A DNA stretch of 64,000 nucleotides from Toensbergia leucococca (taxonomy: Eukaryota): positions 1 through 64,000 of the forward strand of contig JALDZS010000089.1 of NCBI GenBank assembly GCA_022813965.1, written 5' to 3'. The position numbers and the translations under genes were made by a program. The notes beneath the pieces were generated by a model, which did not search any database, had not been told where the DNA came from, and was given only the letters and a program-made list of their open reading frames with translations. This document shows, in pieces, positions 23,978-35,086 of this stretch; position 1 is the stretch's first letter; each line of letters opens with the position of its first letter.

Positions 23978-26900
23978 ATGACAGAGACAAAGATGAAGCT
24001 AGTCGACTGTAAGTCCATCTTGGGAAGCTCTGTCCCAGTACTTGTCCTGTTATGCCGACCGCACTGATCTAGCTCCAACAATTACGCATTGACTTACCAT
24101 TATTCTCAGGGCTGGATGACCTATGTGTTCGATTCATTATCAATTTGCCAAACGAAGAACTCGAATCTGTTGAGCGAATATGCTTTCAAGTAGAAGAAGC
24201 TCAATGGTTCTACGAGGATTTTATCCGTCCATTGGACCCAAGCCTGCCCTCTCTCAGCCTCCGTGAATTCTGCCTTCGCATATTTCAGCACTGTCCTTTA
24301 CTTTCAGAATTTTCGTCACACCATCATTCAACGGCTTTTTCCGAGTTCTTGGCTTACAAGACACGTGTTCCGGTGCGGGGGGCTATAATGCTTAACGATG
24401 CTATGGACGACGTGGTCCTGGTAAAGGGATGGAAGAAGGGGGCTAATTGGAGTTTTCCTAGGGGCAAAATCAACAAGGACGAAAAGGACTTGGATTGTGC
24501 CATACGAGAAGTATATGAAGAGACTGGCTATGATATCAAAGGAGCGGGTTTGGCTGAAGATGACGAGAATACAAAATTTATTGAGGTTACCATGAGAGAG
24601 CAACATATGCGACTTTACGTTTTCCGAGGAGTCCCGATGGACACCCGTTTTGAGCCACGTACGAGGAAGGAGATTAGCAAGATCCAATGGTATAATTTAT
24701 CCGAATTACCAACACTCAAAAAACAAAAACATCAACAAGAAGGCCGAGGTGAAGATCTAGCTGTAAATGCCAACAAATTCTACATGGTGGCTCCATTCCT
24801 GGTCCCATTGAAGAAATGGATAATACAGCAGAAAAAGCAAAATGTAGCTAAGGGTTCAAGCGGACAAGCTGTTACATCTACTCCCAGTATTGAAGCCCCA
24901 AGGCTGGCGCAGACTAATCCCCCTACGAGTAACACAGAGGCCCTTTCGTCAGTAGACGATATGAAAAGATTGATGGCTAATCTCCGTCAATCTGGCCAGA
25001 CTGCCAGTATGAGTGACTTGCCTGAAGTTTCCGAGCCTGAAGCCTCGACGCAGGATGCTGCGGCACAACTCAAGAACATTCTTTGTGTCACACCAGCTGC
25101 TTCAACGCAAGCGTCTATCAAACTGAACTCAACGACCCCTCACGATGCAAAATCTAATGCTCTACTTGCGTTGCTGAGGAACGGTAGCTCGACTACCGAA
25201 GAACAAGATATTTTATTGAAGCAATCCAACGAGTCTCCGGCTACAGTTCGTTCGCGAGACTCTCACACCCCCTACTCACGGCAATCCTCAACGATTCCGC
25301 GACAACCTACGATTCAATTACCTCCAAAGCCACTACGTACAGAGCTATCACCATCCCGCACACTGCCTTCACATCCATTGCCTTCACGTCCTCTGCCGAT
25401 AAATCCATTACCATCGAATCTGCCGACTTCAGATTCAAAATCGTCCAATCCACCAAGTTCAAGTCTACTACCATTGGATCCGCCATCTTCATTCTCACGA
25501 CCTCAACACCCGCTGCCTTTGAATCCACTACGTTCAAACCCACTTCAGACCCTTAGTCATTCTTTGAAAGCACCAAGGCCAGGGAACCATCTACAAAATC
25601 TCAATATTGCTCACTCAGAGCCCCCTTCCAGCTTGTTCTATGCACAAGTTCAACGGAAACCTTATCATACTCACCCGCCTCAACTCCCACCTACTTCTAC
25701 AACACAAAACCTTCGTCGGATACCAGCGCCCTATCAACGCACTGGTGATCCCCAATTCGCCCAATCACCTCAATTCCCTAACAAAGACACACCTTCAATA
25801 CCTCCAGCGAGCAAATTACCTGCACCAAAGCTCACGACACATTCGTCTGCACTGTTGAATTTATTCAAAACTAGTCAGACAACAATCGTTCCAGGTAGTA
25901 ATAAGCCAGTCGAACCCCTGAGTCCACCACATCCCGATAAAAGTGCAGCTCTTGACAGACAAAGTGTCTATGTCGAAGAACAACTCATAGCTCCGTTATC
26001 AGAGACTCTTGAACCACAGGCCAGTACGAAGCGGGCTACTTCGAAGGAGGAAATCGGTGCGTCTTTTAAGTTGCCCCAGGAACTGGGATCGCCACCAGAG
26101 GAAAGAGATGCAGATTCCAAGATTCCCCAAAACTTACATCAGCCACTACGTCAGAGTAGAGCCGCGAGAAAAGGTGTCAAAATAGACTCCGAGACAGACC
26201 TAGAAAAGAAAACAGCTATGCGACCCGAATCAGGGTCGATACGCACACCGTCTAGCAAACCAGTCCAACCCAACGTCACGAGATCAAAACATCAAGACAC
26301 CCTTTTGAATCTGTTTCGAAAGCCTTCTTTTTCTGCTGCTAAAGATACAGATATATCGGAATCCACTTTGGAGCCTTCATTGGGGCCGGCTGAGTTGTCC
26401 GCACAGCCAAGTCCTGGGCATTCAAAAGACGCTTCTCAGATCAATGAGACCGCAAAGAAGAAGTCAATCCGTGATCATACAACTAGCCAAGACAAGATAC
26501 AGGATCGTCGTGATAGTAACCACATGCGTGACAAGCTACCCGCCTCAGCCACCGTGGCTGGATTTCCGAATGACCCTCATCAAAAGCTTCTTCGTCTGGT
26601 ACCACGGCCCAGCAGAGCTCCAGTCTCGGCTACAGTTACTGGTCCTCTCAATACTCCCCAGTTCGATGCAGTCTCAAGAAAGTCCTTGGAAGCTAATTCA
26701 ATCACTGCAACTGCCAGCAAGAACGGGATCGTCGTACCAGAGAAAAGCTCACCAGTCAGGATCCTGTCACGTCCTTTGTCCTCGCAACCACTGTCCTCCC
26801 CAGTCCAAAGAATACCCCATGTACCTATGGATGCAGCTCTTTCAGAGTCAATCGCAGCTCCATCTCCTGCAGCAAATTTCCCAACTACGCCGCAAAGACA

Positions 26901-27480
26901 CTTCAAGCAATCTCAACCAAGGAACGCAGAGCCAACCCCTTTTGATCCTATCACAACTCCAGCTGTTGCCGTGAAACATCCGATCAGCTCCAGTAATAAG
27001 TCTCAGCCATTCGAAGCCCGAACCTCACACACATCCAAGCCGTTTCATCCACAGATCTTGCGCCGACCTATTCAACCACCAAGCGTAAGCCAAGAAGCAA
27101 CATTCCCATCACCAGTACATCCGACTCCATCGCCAAAAGACCGCCTTCCCTTCGACCGCCACACGAGCCAACCTCAGGAACACAAGCAAACCCTCCTCAC
27201 GCTCTTCAGCAAACCATCACTCAAAACTTCCCCAGTATTCTCCACCCCGGCCCCCATCGTCAGCCCCTTGACCGATATATCCACCTCCAATATAGATCCT
27301 ACCGCATTCGCCCCCACGGCGTCTTCGCGATCTAGGATCGGTAGCCTAGCATCATTGGTCGGGCAAGGGTTAGGCGGGATGGACAGTGCATTGCAGACAC
27401 CGAGGTCGGTTACGACGCCTGTGGACAGGAGCTTTTTATTGGGCTATTTGGAGGGGGTTGCGAAGGCCGAGGGGATGTGA
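23978..27480 (+). CDS. DCP2: mRNA decapping enzyme catalytic subunit, 2 exons
   Basis: MTETKMKLVDW|LDDLCVRFIINLP...EEAQWFYEDF (Box A), Nudix box WSFPRGKINKDEKDLDCAIREVYEETG, long disordered tail; intron 24009..24109. Confidence 0.96.
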
Positions 27481-28099
27481 TGGGATGCCTGTCTGGGCGA
27501 CTTGCGAAGTTTGATGTGGAAGCGGAGCTGAAGATAGGCACTTCTGTGCCTTGTATGGGGCGGGTATGTTAGTTGACAGGGTTTTGATTTTGTTTTCTTT
27601 GAAGATGATATCTTTGTAAGGTTTTGTGTTTTTTTGGTTCTGACTTGCGTGAAGGGGGTGGGCTATGTAAGTAGCAGGGAAGATAATGAAATGGTTTCAA
27701 CAGATCTCTTCATGTGCGGAGACAATTGCAGGGGACTTTATACTCTTTCCCATGTTGATATATATTCGAGGTGATGTTTTTTTGGCTTTGGGTACCTGCT
27801 CACTACTGAGGAAGCGAGGTACCTAGGGACTAGGGGAGGTGGTGCGTATTTACTTATGCCCCCAACTCCAGCACGAAGCGTCCTCTTTCCAAAAAATTCC
27901 GTCTGCCCTCGCGGCCAAATTTATCTGAACTCGCCACGTTTTATCCGGAGTACGCCTCAAAACATCCGCCCTTGATCACATACAAACCCTTCCTCCTTTT
28001 TTTCGGTTTCTAGTGACCCGGGGCATCATATGTTCTCAGTGTCATGTCATCAAATCTGTCAGTTGTGAGGATTGTATGTAGGCAAGAGCCTGCGTTTCT

Positions 28100-28390
28100 G
28101 TTACTATTTTTTTTTTTTATTTTAGATGTTGAGTTTTTCTTTTTTGAAAGTTGAGGGAGTTGGTTTATGAGTTTAGAGTGATTTTGTGACTGAAATGAAT
28201 GGTGATTTTGATAGATGTTTTTGGATTGAGTAGGTGATAAGGGTTGTGCTTTGAAGGGGGGTTTTTTTGGGAAAGGGTTGTGTGTTGTGATTTTTTTGTT
28301 TGTTTGTGAGGGGGTTGAGTTTGTGATTATTTATGAGTGTAGTTTAGAGGTTAGATGTTATGGATATATACGAGTGGTGGTAAGAAGATG
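28100..28390. other. Cytosine-depleted G/T-rich tract
   Basis: Only about 4-5 C in ~290 nt on the + strand, while G is abundant. Confidence 0.8.
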
Positions 28391-28401
28391 GATTTGTCTA
28401 A

Positions 28402-29013
28402 CTAAGAAGTGGCTAAGTGCGCTAGCGTATTGACCGATTTCCCATCATACATGGGATCAAAAAAACCAAGGTCGCCGGGGTTCCAGCGAGATCCTCGATC
28501 CCCCTCAGCGGCATCATGGCCATCTTGACCATGGTTTCCGGGAGGGCCGGGAGGGTCAGGAGGCCCTGGCGGGCCTTGGTCAAGAGGATTCTCACGAAGG
28601 TATTGGGCGATGCCGGCCGTGATAGCCGCTTGCATGGCAGGGTCTATTGTAATATTGGCAGTTGACATACTGGATTGTGACTCAGTAGCTGCTGTTCAAT
28701 GGAACGGCTGAGAAGCAGTGCCTGAAGGATTTGAAGAGCTCAAGGTTTCAGATGGATTCAACTGGAAGGCCGGCTTGGATTTTGACGATTTGGTTTTAGC
28801 TGGCTTTTTGCCAGCAGCGTTGGATAAGGCTGTGAGGAAATCCGGACCGATAAGATTATTGAATATAACTTCCTCAGCTGATGTTGCACGGGTGTCAATC
28901 GATCTCTCCGGGGAGTGTTCAGTGAATGGCAGTTCAGTTGAGAGCTGACTAGCTAATTCAGAGATGGCATCTAAGAAGGTTTGAAGATTGTGATGAAATT
29001 GTGTCTTATTCAC
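28402..29013 (-). pseudogene. Truncated gag-like ORF of an LTR retrotransposon
   Basis: Two ORFs in one frame separated by a single TGA (28696-28698); GPP-repeat followed by RWNPGDLGFFDP, which I recall from fungal retroelement gag N-termini; lies directly next to an LTR candidate. Confidence 0.6.
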
Positions 29014-29037
29014 GGCTCAATTCTGAGGTCAGATAAC

Positions 29038-29458
29038 TGTGCCGGGTTTCAGACTGACGGACAGTGACCAAGATTGAGAAGTATGACCTTCTGCTAAGGT
29101 GAGTTTCAAGCCTTTATGAGGGAAATTAGTGAAGGTTAGATATGTGATGACTCAAATGACACTGAAGTCAATGAAGTTGACAAAGGCGTGGTCAGTGATG
29201 AAGAATGACTCTAGTTGATAGGCGGCCTTGATAATCTCAGGGCTAAATGACGCCAAGATGACAGTGAGCTAAGGTAGCAAGGAAATGAGTTGAGTTGACG
29301 GAGGTGAAGCTCAGGTGCAAACAGAAGTAGTCACACAAAAATGAGTTTGATGGAGGTGGGATTCAATAACGAGGTTCAATAACGAGGCACCATGATGAGC
29401 TTGTAATGGTGAGGACTACGGATCTTTGATGCTGCTAGGGAGCAGCCTTTGATGCACA
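29038..29458 (-). mobile_element. Candidate 5' LTR (421 bp)
   Basis: TGTGC...GCACA 5-bp inverted termini; internal tandem TTCAATAACGAGG x2; followed on the - strand by GTTATC (PBS-like) and the gag-like ORF; TpG-rich. Confidence 0.6.
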
Positions 29459-29499
29459 GAAGAAGGTCTAAGATGGCTTCTGATGTGCTATGACAACAT

Positions 29500-30640
29500 C
29501 TGCTGTTGCTACCATAATGTTAGAAGTATATATGAGTGATGATAAGACTTTAATGTTGAGGTTGCAGAGAGTTACTTATAATGTGTGTAATCACTATCTT
29601 GCATACTCTTTATATAATAATGTTTACAGTGATAAAAGGAAAGATGTTAGAACTGCAAAGAGTTACTTATAATATATGTGATTACTGCCTTGCATACTCT
29701 TTGTATAACAATGTTCACAGTGATGAAAAGAATAAAGTCAATCTTTTAACATGAGAAAATAGACATTTCTTTAATGTGAGAGATACATCTTTTCAAAAAA
29801 AAATGTGAGTTTATATTCTTCTGATGGTGAAACTATGAAATAAGAACAGTAGTAGTGAACTTGAGTCACTCCGCAGGATGAGTGAACCTACTGAATATGA
29901 AGTATCAGAGTGTCTTGCTTAGAGTTAGATCAAAAATCACGGCTGACCTCATAGACACAACTTATATAGAATTTTTCTTTAAGTTTTTTGTGGAGATTTT
30001 CTGCTCAGAGCTGACGTTGACAATCCTGCTCATGACCTCAATGAAGAATAAAACTCAAGGGAAAACAGGTGGTTTTGTGTCAGAGAGATGTGTATATTGA
30101 CCACACGTGGTGCGGATCAAGGATGACCATGCAATTCATTAATGAAGACATGGTGCCACTTAGCGATTGCCCGATCTCATAGCTTAGTAAAAAAACAGGC
30201 CATGAGGAAGCGGTATCAGGAGGAGCACTATCGAGAAAAGAAGGAGGTGGTGGCGCGTCGCGCTTCCCAGAAAGTCTTCTTTCTGCAATGTCTGCAGGCA
30301 TCTTCCAATCCACAATCTTTCTGTTTGGATCCGTTGTCGCTTTCATATGGGGGTCAGAGAAATTGTGTTCTCTGAACTTGATTTCCCTCCCGCAGTTGCA
30401 CATTATGGTTCATCTCTTTTAATGTCAGTTTCTTGATCTGTATGCCTCTCTGAAGTCTCATCAATATTGTCTTCATTAAATTTCTTATGCTCTTCTTTGA
30501 TAATTCTGATGCTAATAAGCTCAGTTCTGCTTCTTAGTATCTTTTCTCATCTGTCACTTTTTATCAAATAAATTCTTTGTTGATATGTCACAAAGGAGAG
30601 ATCTTAGGGCTTTTTGAAGTGTATACTGCAGTATATGCAG
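29500..30640. mobile_element. AT-rich, transition-degraded (RIP-like) repeat remnants
   Basis: Low GC and rich in TA/TGA; contains a 91-bp tandem duplication differing only by transitions; interrupted by a higher-GC island at 30080-30403. Confidence 0.55.
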
Positions 30641-32805
30641 AGAGGTGAAGGCTACATCGCGAAAGTCTAAGCCTGGATCCTTAGGTGTGGCAAGGACGAA
30701 CCGCCTGAATAGACTCAAAGCCGTTGCGCTAGCCTCTGATAATCAAGGCTTTGGAGTTTCCGGTGCCGTCGTCGAAGTTGAACTCCGTCTTGAACTCCGA
30801 GACATTACCTGCAATACCCATCGGGTCTCTGCTTCGAAGAGTGGATTATCCTCTAATCTTTTAGATCGTACAAGCCACAGCAGATGTAGCAGCCATCGTA
30901 GCCATCACAGAATCGCTACCTCATCAAATCAACAAAGACTCCCAAAGCAGAGAAAAGCATCTGTATAATACCACATAGCTCTCTCGGGATGATATCAATG
31001 ACCCTTCGGTGGGAGTATTGATACTTCAGGCTTTCCGCCACTTAACCGTATTGAAGGATTGGTGAAACAACGTCGACAGCCCCTGAAGAATGTGAGTGAT
31101 AGCCACTGCGATTGTGTAGAGATATAGCATCTCCACGAGTGGGAGACAAGACGATATGCTTCGTGGTGAGCCGAGGGGGCGTTGGCGGAGGCCCTCCGGC
31201 ATTGGATCTGGCGGCGTTAGGGCGATTGGAGTTGCGAAGGTCACTGCCGCAAATCCTCCGAGAGGCAGGATGGCAAACCGCAATCTGCACAATTGCAGAT
31301 TGCTGAATCATTCTAATGGCGTTTTCGAGCCGAAAGGTTCCCTGCTTGTGTCTTCATTTCAAAATGGTCATCTTACAAGCATTCATATTGCACCCCTGTG
31401 TGACAAAAGTGGCTAACATCGTACTTTGTGATTGAGTTGAGGCCTAATTTCCCGTTATTTTTTCTTCTTGTTTTATGCGACTTGTACTGTCTTGTGCTTC
31501 AAAAAGTCTGTTGCATGGCTTCAGAGGCCGCAGTCATCATCCTAAGACCACATAGCGCCAGATATTACCATGTCAAAGTTTTGCTGCTCTTTCGGTTGGT
31601 GGGCGACTACTTCTGATAAAATCCTTGGTTGTAAAGTCAGAAGAGTAATCTGCGCCTAGCTTGGAGAAGTTGCGTTTCACTAACACAAAAATCCCATCAG
31701 TCAGGAAGCTTCATGTTTGGTGAAGGTCTCTTCAGCATTTTTGACATGTTGGTAATGATATGATCCTCCCAAAAACCATTACAGTAATGAATGATAGGAC
31801 CGAGTCTGTACTCCCGTGGATCGTTGGATTCCGGCCTAACCAAGCGAATAGCTTCCTTGGGTTCACTGCCCTCTCAGTGGTATGGCTGTGGGAACAAGCC
31901 AACGAGCAAAGCACAGGTTCTGGTCCTTAGGATGTAGGATGGATCCAGGGAGGAGGCACTATCAATGAATGGGTAAGACGAGGAGCAGTTCATAGATGGT
32001 ATGAAGAAGATGAGCTACTGGATCCACGACAGGTTGGGTGGATAGTGGCCACAGAAAGGTGGGGCAGATACCAACAAGGTGAGGTGAGGTTAAGTCTTGG
32101 GAGCAACGAAACGATGGCAGATCAGATATACGAGATGATTCAGTCCTTAAAGGACCCTGCAGGTATCGCCAGTGGTATGGTTGTGGAAACAAGCCAACGC
32201 TCTCCAGGTCTTATGCCCCAGGGCCGGGGTTGCAGAGCTTTGGGACCATACCTAATCAGGCCGCCCAAGTGTCAACTGTACCCGAGAGAGCGGTCCGATC
32301 TTTCACCACTGTCCCTTTATTGTTGCTACGGTGAGTGAAGCTGAGAAATATTTATGATAATAAGGAGGTCATGATGCCCAAACATAAAAGTTGGTTCGGA
32401 AGTCGATATTAGCGGAAATTCAGACCTGCACTGCAACAGCGACCTTCGTCTTCAGTAAGCCATCATTTAAAACAAATCAAGCAGGTACTGACCACTATTA
32501 GATGATAGTGTCAAATTAATTTTCTTTCCACTTCGAGCCCGCGAGGGACGTATTATTGGCGCAATGCTTGTAAACAGGGCGTGTTTGAGTATTTTTGCTA
32601 AAATCCAGCATTCGCAAGAAATATCTGTACAAAAGCCTGGTGAGAGGAAGCCTCCCACTGAGACTAGAAATTGACAGATCCAGCTCTTTGAGGCCTGGAA
32701 TAGAGCTCCTTGGACATTGCCGATGCTTACGATTTACATCCTTCCGGTCTATCGGCATGATTAGCATTCATACCCATCAGCAAAGTCACTCTAGAGGGTG
32801 AAATA

Positions 32806-33035
32806 TAGCACGTAGATGTGGCACACTCCATATGCCTGACTGACTGCGTCTAGTGGGCGTACTAGGCGCAGGATGAGGTTGCCCAGTAAGACTCTTCCTT
32901 GTCGGGTTCGGTTGGCCCGAAAGCAGTGAGAAAGCGCCCGAGGATATCCTTCAGGTGGATGTTTTGGGTAGCAGAGGGCGTTAGATAGGCTTAATTAAAC
33001 ACCGTCGCCTCCAGCGCTCCTCCTCCTCCTCCTCG
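32806..33035 (+). ncRNA. Structured RNA-like element, possibly the 3' tail of a LINE/SINE
   Basis: Three hairpins plus a closing stem with 9 G.U pairs on the + strand; ends in TTAATTAAAC followed by (CTC)n. Confidence 0.5.
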
Positions 33036-33421
33036 GTCAACGTAATTAGTCCCTCAGCGATCTACGAGATGAGATCAATATTATAAATTGCTGACCGACC
33101 CGAAATTTGACAAGACAAATTGCAACTGGATGAGATGAATTCAAAATGAGAAAGTATGCATCTGATACCGATTATCTCATGCATTGAACAAGCAGTGATC
33201 AATGGAGAAATTGAGTATATATCTTATTTTACTTGATGTATATAGTTGCGTTTGAGATGGTGAAAGAAATCGCGGTATAGTTTACGCTGTGGTGATGATG
33301 ATAATCACAGCGTGAAACTAGAAGGTATGTGTATATCCTTAAACATATATATGTTGAAGTGATATGAAGAGGTAGATATAAATATCTAGGTATATACATG
33401 ACGTATCTGATGAGAAGTATC

Positions 33422-33516
33422 ATCTGGCATATAAGGCTGGTGCGTTATAAGGGGGGATCGTTTTTTGACCAGTTAGAACCCTACCTTATAGGCCAGTCAT
33501 ACCTTCTATGCCAGAT
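33422..33516. mobile_element. MITE-like element (95 bp)
   Basis: TIRs ATCTGGCATATAAGG / CCTTCTATGCCAGAT match at 14/15; subterminal TATAAGG / CCTTATA pair. Confidence 0.5.
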
Positions 33517-35086
33517 AACACGCTACCTAGTATGTTGTGGGAAGTGTTGAGGGCAAGAAGGAACAAAAGGGTCAAGAATCTGAGATTGGATGAATGGGAA
33601 ATTGAAGGCTGGATCGCCTTCACTTTGTCTCAAGGAATGCAGAACTGATAAAGTCCAGCTACTTCACAGCGAACAAAGAATTGCATCTAGTTCGATGGAA
33701 GAGAAAAGCATAGCGCATGATCCTATCAAGGTCCCTTGTTGAGCTCTTGGTCGAAGGTGCATGTCTAATCATCGAAAGTCCTTCCAAATGCCCCAAAGAA
33801 CTGAGCAGCATTTCTGAGATACACATAGTAGGCTTATCATTGGTTCAAGGAAGAATAGGAAGACTTTGCGGATATGAGCATTGGAGAGACAGTCAACTTA
33901 CAAGATATCAACGCTTGTTGTTCTTTCAGGAGCCCTAAACATTTCTAATTGCTGCATCACACACCTAAGTATGTGTCCTCGAATAGGTTGCTGAAGTAAC
34001 ATGTGTGGGGCTCTGGAACCGTAGTAGAAGTGACTGCTATTTAACCGCATGGAGTTCCCAACAATTTGCTGCATGAAGGGGACCTATACATTTGCGTGTT
34101 CGCGTGTAAAGGACATTTGATGTAGGAATCGCTGAGATTCCATTGCTTCGTGTTCCCAGCAACGCCTTTGGAGACGCTCGAAATAGACCTTGTTGACCAG
34201 GAAGATCTTACCTGGCCTCAACAGAACGCGTTGAACGGTGTTCTAGAAATCTAGTTTCAATGGCCAAAAGACTTGGACTTCGTAGCCCTGAGACTAGGTC
34301 AAAGCTGAAGACCATACATTCAGCCTCATTGCCTTCTCAGGCAGGGTATTTCGCTCCCCTGCATCTTTCTCAAAAATTTCCGGATGAGTTGCATCTTCAT
34401 GTGTCTCGAAGTGCAGAAAGCCAACTAGTCGAGCTGGTTGAGAATTTCACAACATTCCTGTAGATTAAAATGCCATTGTGCCTGAGTCCATGCTGAGCCA
34501 AAGTAGTATTGCCGACCCTTTTCACATCACCACGGTCCTAGGCTTGAACTTTTTACTCTGGGCCAAAAATATTCAAGATGAAATTCTCAAATATGAACAT
34601 ATTACCTGCATCTAGACTAGAAGACGTTCGTATCTCAGGTCTCGAGTCCCATCATTGCCAGCTTCCACACTCTTGCCAGATGAACCAAAGTTGTGGGAGA
34701 CTCACCAATTGATCCCACGATATCCTACCTATTGATAGCTTTAGCCCTGAATGGCTTCTTCCCTAGTTTCATTTGGGGCAAAGAAAGATGTCAGGGTCGA
34801 GCCTGCACTATTAGCTGAGAGAACTCGGTCAATAAGAAACAAGCTACAGAAACAAGCCGATGACTTCGCTGTATGGTCGAGATGAGTGAGGTAGGTGATC
34901 TCGGTATCCATACTATACGGATAATTGAAAGGGATTGAAATTGAAGAAACATCGAGTTTTCTATGACGCGCCAAGACTTTCTTAGAATAGCCTTAGAATC
35001 ATTACTCGATTCGCGCTTCGCGTCTCCCACTTTATTGGCCTAACCCACTCGAATCACTCTTCAGACCTCAGCAGCGACCTTTCATC

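Noticed and set aside
31875..32199. Possible CRISPR-like repeat
   Set aside because: Only two copies with a 265-bp spacer, eukaryotic context and no cas genes.
32834..32930. Hammerhead or HDV-like ribozyme reading of the structured element
   Set aside because: The core reads AGGATGAG rather than CTGATGA, and no convincing HDV P1/P2/P3 nesting could be built by eye.
30600..33200. Telomerase RNA candidate in the ORF-free region
   Set aside because: No TAACCCTAA-type template on either strand.
33550..34980. Exon-like fragments on the - strand upstream of RAD5
   Set aside because: Splice-like signals exist, but every joined frame hits stops and no motif is recognisable.
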